A stretch of DNA of 64,000 bases from an uncultured delta proteobacterium (GTDB lineage: Bacteria > Myxococcota > Myxococcia > SLRQ01), in assembly GCA_963727485.1 (NCBI GenBank), contig CAVSGM010000003.1, forward strand, positions 416,001 to 480,000, read 5' to 3'. The notes beneath the pieces were generated by a model that saw nothing but the letters and a program-made list of their open reading frames with translations, was not told the DNA's origin and did no database searches. Positions 60,301 to 64,000 of this stretch are shown here, in pieces. The translations under genes were made by a program, and so were the position numbers. How positions within the stretch are numbered: position 1 is the stretch's first letter; each line of letters begins with the position of its first letter.

Positions 60301-63300
60301 TCCGCGACCGATTCTCGAGCTCGTACTCCTCGATGGTACCGGGACGGTCCTGTGGCGGCATTCGCTCACGATGGCCAACGCCGCCGCGCTGGATGCCAAG
60401 CGCCTTCCTGGGATTGCCGACGTGAACGGTGATGGAACGCCAGACGTCGTGATCTTCACTTCCGGAACAATCGTGGCGCTGGATGGTGCGACGGGCAATG
60501 AGCTCTGGAGCCGCAAGGCTGCCTTGCCCGGACTCGCCGTCGAGCCCAGCGGCCAGATGAGCATCGCAGACCTGAACGACAGCGGGAGGCCGGACTTCCT
60601 GGTCTCCACCGGCGGGCAGAACCTCGGTGTAGCGTCCCTGGCAGCCTATGGGAACGACGGGCGTCTGATGTGGTCCGGTACCTATCTCGGAGGACCGACC
60701 TCGGACGCGTTTGCCCTCCTGGACCTGGACCTGAATGGCGGGCCCGACGTTCTGGCCTCGGTCTACGATGGCTGGCTGGCTGCGTACACAGGCACGGACG
60801 GGCAGTCGCTCTGGCGACAGAAGTACCCTGCGACCGGTGCGGGAGTCGCTGCAGGCGACCTGCGCCAGGATGGTCTCACCTATCCGGTGGTGTCCACGCT
60901 GGCCAGGCCCGAGACTGCAGCCTTCCGGCCTGACTCTGGCTACCTGTGGCTAACGCAGCTGTCTTCGAGGGTCATCTCATTCAACGGTCAGCAATCGTCG
61001 CTGGCGGATCTCCTCGGGCTGGGCAGGCCCCAGGTCATCGCCGAATCTCTAGGCAGGACTTTCAATCTCCTCGACGGCCGCAATGGAAGGGTCCTGATCT
61101 CGACTGGCGACGTACGTGACGGCAACTACCATATTCCTCCAGTCATCGCCGACGTCGATGGTAACGGCCACGGCGACATCCTCGAGGCAGACGGAACCGT
61201 TGGCTCCTGGACGGGCTTCGACCCCTCAAACGACAACCGGTTCAGTCCTGCGGCGGTGGACGTCTTCTCCAGCGTTCACTGGAAGAAGATGCCAACCGTG
61301 TGGAACCGCGCCTTCTACGTGAAAGGCGAGGTCGACGAGCACCTGCACTTCCTCGGGGACTACCAGCCGTGGAAGACGCACAACACGTGGTTGGACCAGT
61401 TCTCGGGGAGCTCGCCGGCGAAGCTGCTGGCCGACCTGACGGTCGGGACCAAGGACATCGTGCTGGCGCCGGTGCAGCCGGCGGCGGGCGACACGGCGCA
61501 GGTGCAGGTGACGGTGCACAACGTGGGCGGGCTGCCGGCGTCCAACGTGGGCGTCGAGGTCTGGGACGGGGATCCCAAGGACGGCGGTCGCAAGATCGGG
61601 ACGGCAACGGCCGCGGGGCCGCTCCCGGTGCGGGGCGGCTCGGCGACGGTGTCGGTGCCCTGGACCGCGTACCCCGAGGGCGAGCATCACCTCTACGCGG
61701 TGGTCAACCCGGCGCACACCATCGAGGAGTCGGGGTACGAGAACAACGAGGCCCACGGGATCGAGCTGGTGGCGCCGGGGACGAACCTGGCGGACCTGGC
61801 GGTGACGGGGGCGGAAATGGCGGTGTCGCCGCCGGCGCCGGTGGCGGGGAACGCGACGACGATCTCCACCGCGGTGAGCAACAAGGGGGTCCGGGTGTCG
61901 GGGCCGTTCACGGTGGCGTGGTACGACGGGGTGCCGCGGCCGGGGCTGGCGCCCTTGGCGATGGCGCCGGCGCCGAGTCTCGCGGCGGGGAGCGCCGAGG
62001 TGGTGACGGCGCCGGTGGTGCTGGGGCCAGGGGGGCACGAGCTCTACGTGGTCGCCGACCCGGAGCAGGTGACGCCGGACGCCGACCGGTCGAACAACGT
62101 GGCGTGGCTGCCGGTGACGGTGCAGGTGCCGGCGGAGCCGGAGCTGACGGTGGCGGTGACCGCGGCACCGGCGACGGTGGTCGAGGGTCGGACCGCGACC
62201 CTCACGGCCACCGTGGCCAACCTGGGGCAGGCGGTCGCGAGCCCGGTGGTGCGCTTCTACCTCGGGGACCCCAAGGCCGGGGGCCAGGCGCTCGGCGACG
62301 TGCGGATCCGGGGGCTGGTGGGCACGGGGCAGACGGCGACGGCCACGGCGACGCTCGATACCCATGGCCTCGCCGGGTCACGGGCGGTGTACGCGGTGGT
62401 GGACCCGGACAACGTGATTGCCGAGTCCCGCGAGGACGACAACACCGCGACCACCACGGTGACGGTCACGGCGCCGCCGGTGACGCTCACGGTGGCTGCG
62501 GACCGCGCGACCTACGGCGCGAACACGGCGGCGACGCTCTCCGCCACGGTGGCCGAGCACACCGGGACGGCCCGGGACGTGAAGGTCGACGTGCGGATCG
62601 AGCGGCCCGACGGCAGCCTGGTGGCGGTTCCGGGGCAGGGCCTGGACGCGGTGGTGGCGGCGAACGGGACCTGGCCGGTGACGGCGACGTGGGGCACGGG
62701 GACCACGCCGGCGGGGGACTACGTGGTGCACGCGGTGGCGAGCGACGCCACCGGGGTGCTGGCCGAGGCGCGCACGGGCCTGACCATCCTCCCCGACGGG
62801 GGCCTCTTCGCGAGGGTGACGCTGGACAAGACGAGCTACCTGCCCGGGGACACGGCGCTGGTGACGACGCTCTTGCGCGACGACGGGGTGAACGCACCGG
62901 TGGGGCCGTTCACCTCGGTGGTGACGATCACCGGCGGCGGGGTGCGGTGGCAGGCAACCCGCCAGGTGCCGTCGCTCTCGCCGGGCGAGGACCGGACGGC
63001 GCTGGACGCGTACCCGGTGAGCCCGGACCTGGCGCCGGGGACCTATCAGGTGAGCCTGGCGGTCATGGACAGCGCCGGCGCGCCGGTGACCACCGAGGCC
63101 ACGCAGCTGGTGGTCGAGGCCACGACGCCGGCGACGGGGCTGTCGGCGAGCGTGGTGGCGACGCCGTCGCAGCCGGCGCCGGGCATGACGGTGGACGTGG
63201 CGGTGACCTTCACCAACCATGGCAACACCCAGGTCACGGGCGCGCCGGTGACCCTCGCGATCCGGGACGCGCAGACCCTGGCGGTGATCGCGACGGTGAC

Positions 63301-64000
63301 CGGGACGGTAACGGTGGCGCCGCGGCTCATGGCGGTGGTGAGCCTGCCCTGGCGGGTAACCGGGGTGACGCCGCCGGCGGACGTGCTGGCCACCGTGGAG
63401 GTCGGCGGCTCGATCCTGGCGAAGACGGTGATCCACGTGATCCACCAGGTGGACACCACGCCGCCGGTGGTGACGGTCACCGGGGTCTCGGACGGCGAGG
63501 TCACCTCGAAGGACGTGACGCCGGGGATCACGGCCACGGATGCGAGCCCGTTCACCATGGCGGTGAGCCTCGACGGCCTCGCCTACACCCAGGGGACGGC
63601 CATCAAGACCGAGGGCGACCACCTGCTCGCCATCGTGGCCACCGACATCTACGGCAACCGGACGAAGCTGAACCTCGCGTTTTCCATCGACCACACGCCG
63701 CCCAAGGTGTCGCTCACGGGCGTCGCCGAGGGTGAGGTGACGAACTCACCGCAGGTGACGGTCACCGCGGACGCGAGCGACGTGCACCTGGCCTCGGCAC
63801 TGCTCAAGGTCGACGGCACCATCGCCGACTCGGTCACGGGCCTCGCGGGCAAGCCGTATCACCACGACCTGGCCCTCGCCGCCGAGGGGGACTACACGGT
63901 GTACCTCTCGGCTCGGGACGAGGCGCAGCTCGGGGCCGAGGTCACCCGGCACTTCGCCATCGACCGGACGCCGCCGGCGGTGTCGCTGACGGGGATCGCC
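57356..64000 (+). CDS. giant secreted protein, 3'-truncated: QW/prenyltransferase-like repeats, CARDB repeats, FG-GAP propeller, Ig-like repeats (frameshifts near 58030 and 60310)
   Basis: Signal peptide; WLLAQQGPDGSFG and QRNDGSWG; many DP...NN CARDB ends; ADLTGDG and DVNGDG. A frame missing from the ORF track stays open from about 60311 to 64000 and includes DTTPPVVTVTGV repeats. Confidence 0.8.

Overview
This is a very GC-rich bacterial chromosome segment that looks like Myxococcota, based on two MYXO-CTERM-type sorting tails, DGG-repeat lipoprotein linkers and a FrgA/MshEN-like protein. It holds about 47 genes. Core metabolism: tkt, a lipA-E1beta-E2-E1alpha-lpdA-lipB 2-oxoacid dehydrogenase operon, ppsA, serB, and kynureninase-like and TDO-like genes. 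It also encodes many secreted proteins and lipoproteins, an MMPL/MlaC-type transport trio, a RegB/RegA two-component system, and the start of a giant CARDB/FG-GAP surface protein. I found no tRNA, rRNA, CRISPR array or transposase. About 12 single-base frameshifts break otherwise intact genes and are most likely read or assembly errors. Highlights: (1) a selenocysteine formate dehydrogenase alpha subunit (in-frame TGA plus a canonical SECIS) with no Tat leader, whose likely beta subunit and NrfD anchor lie 17 kb away; (2) two perfect tandem RegR/RegA boxes between regB and a divergent CxxCxC-bearing outer-membrane protein, suggesting a compact redox/metal regulon; (3) a temptin-like CxxCH protein with a MYXO-CTERM tail; (4) a secreted ZU5-like protein with an HFS autoproteolysis motif behind a cyclase-NTPase-TPR gene; (5) an E1alpha with a histone-like tail; (6) repeated signatures of leaderless transcripts. 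All family assignments come from motif recognition; no database search was run.
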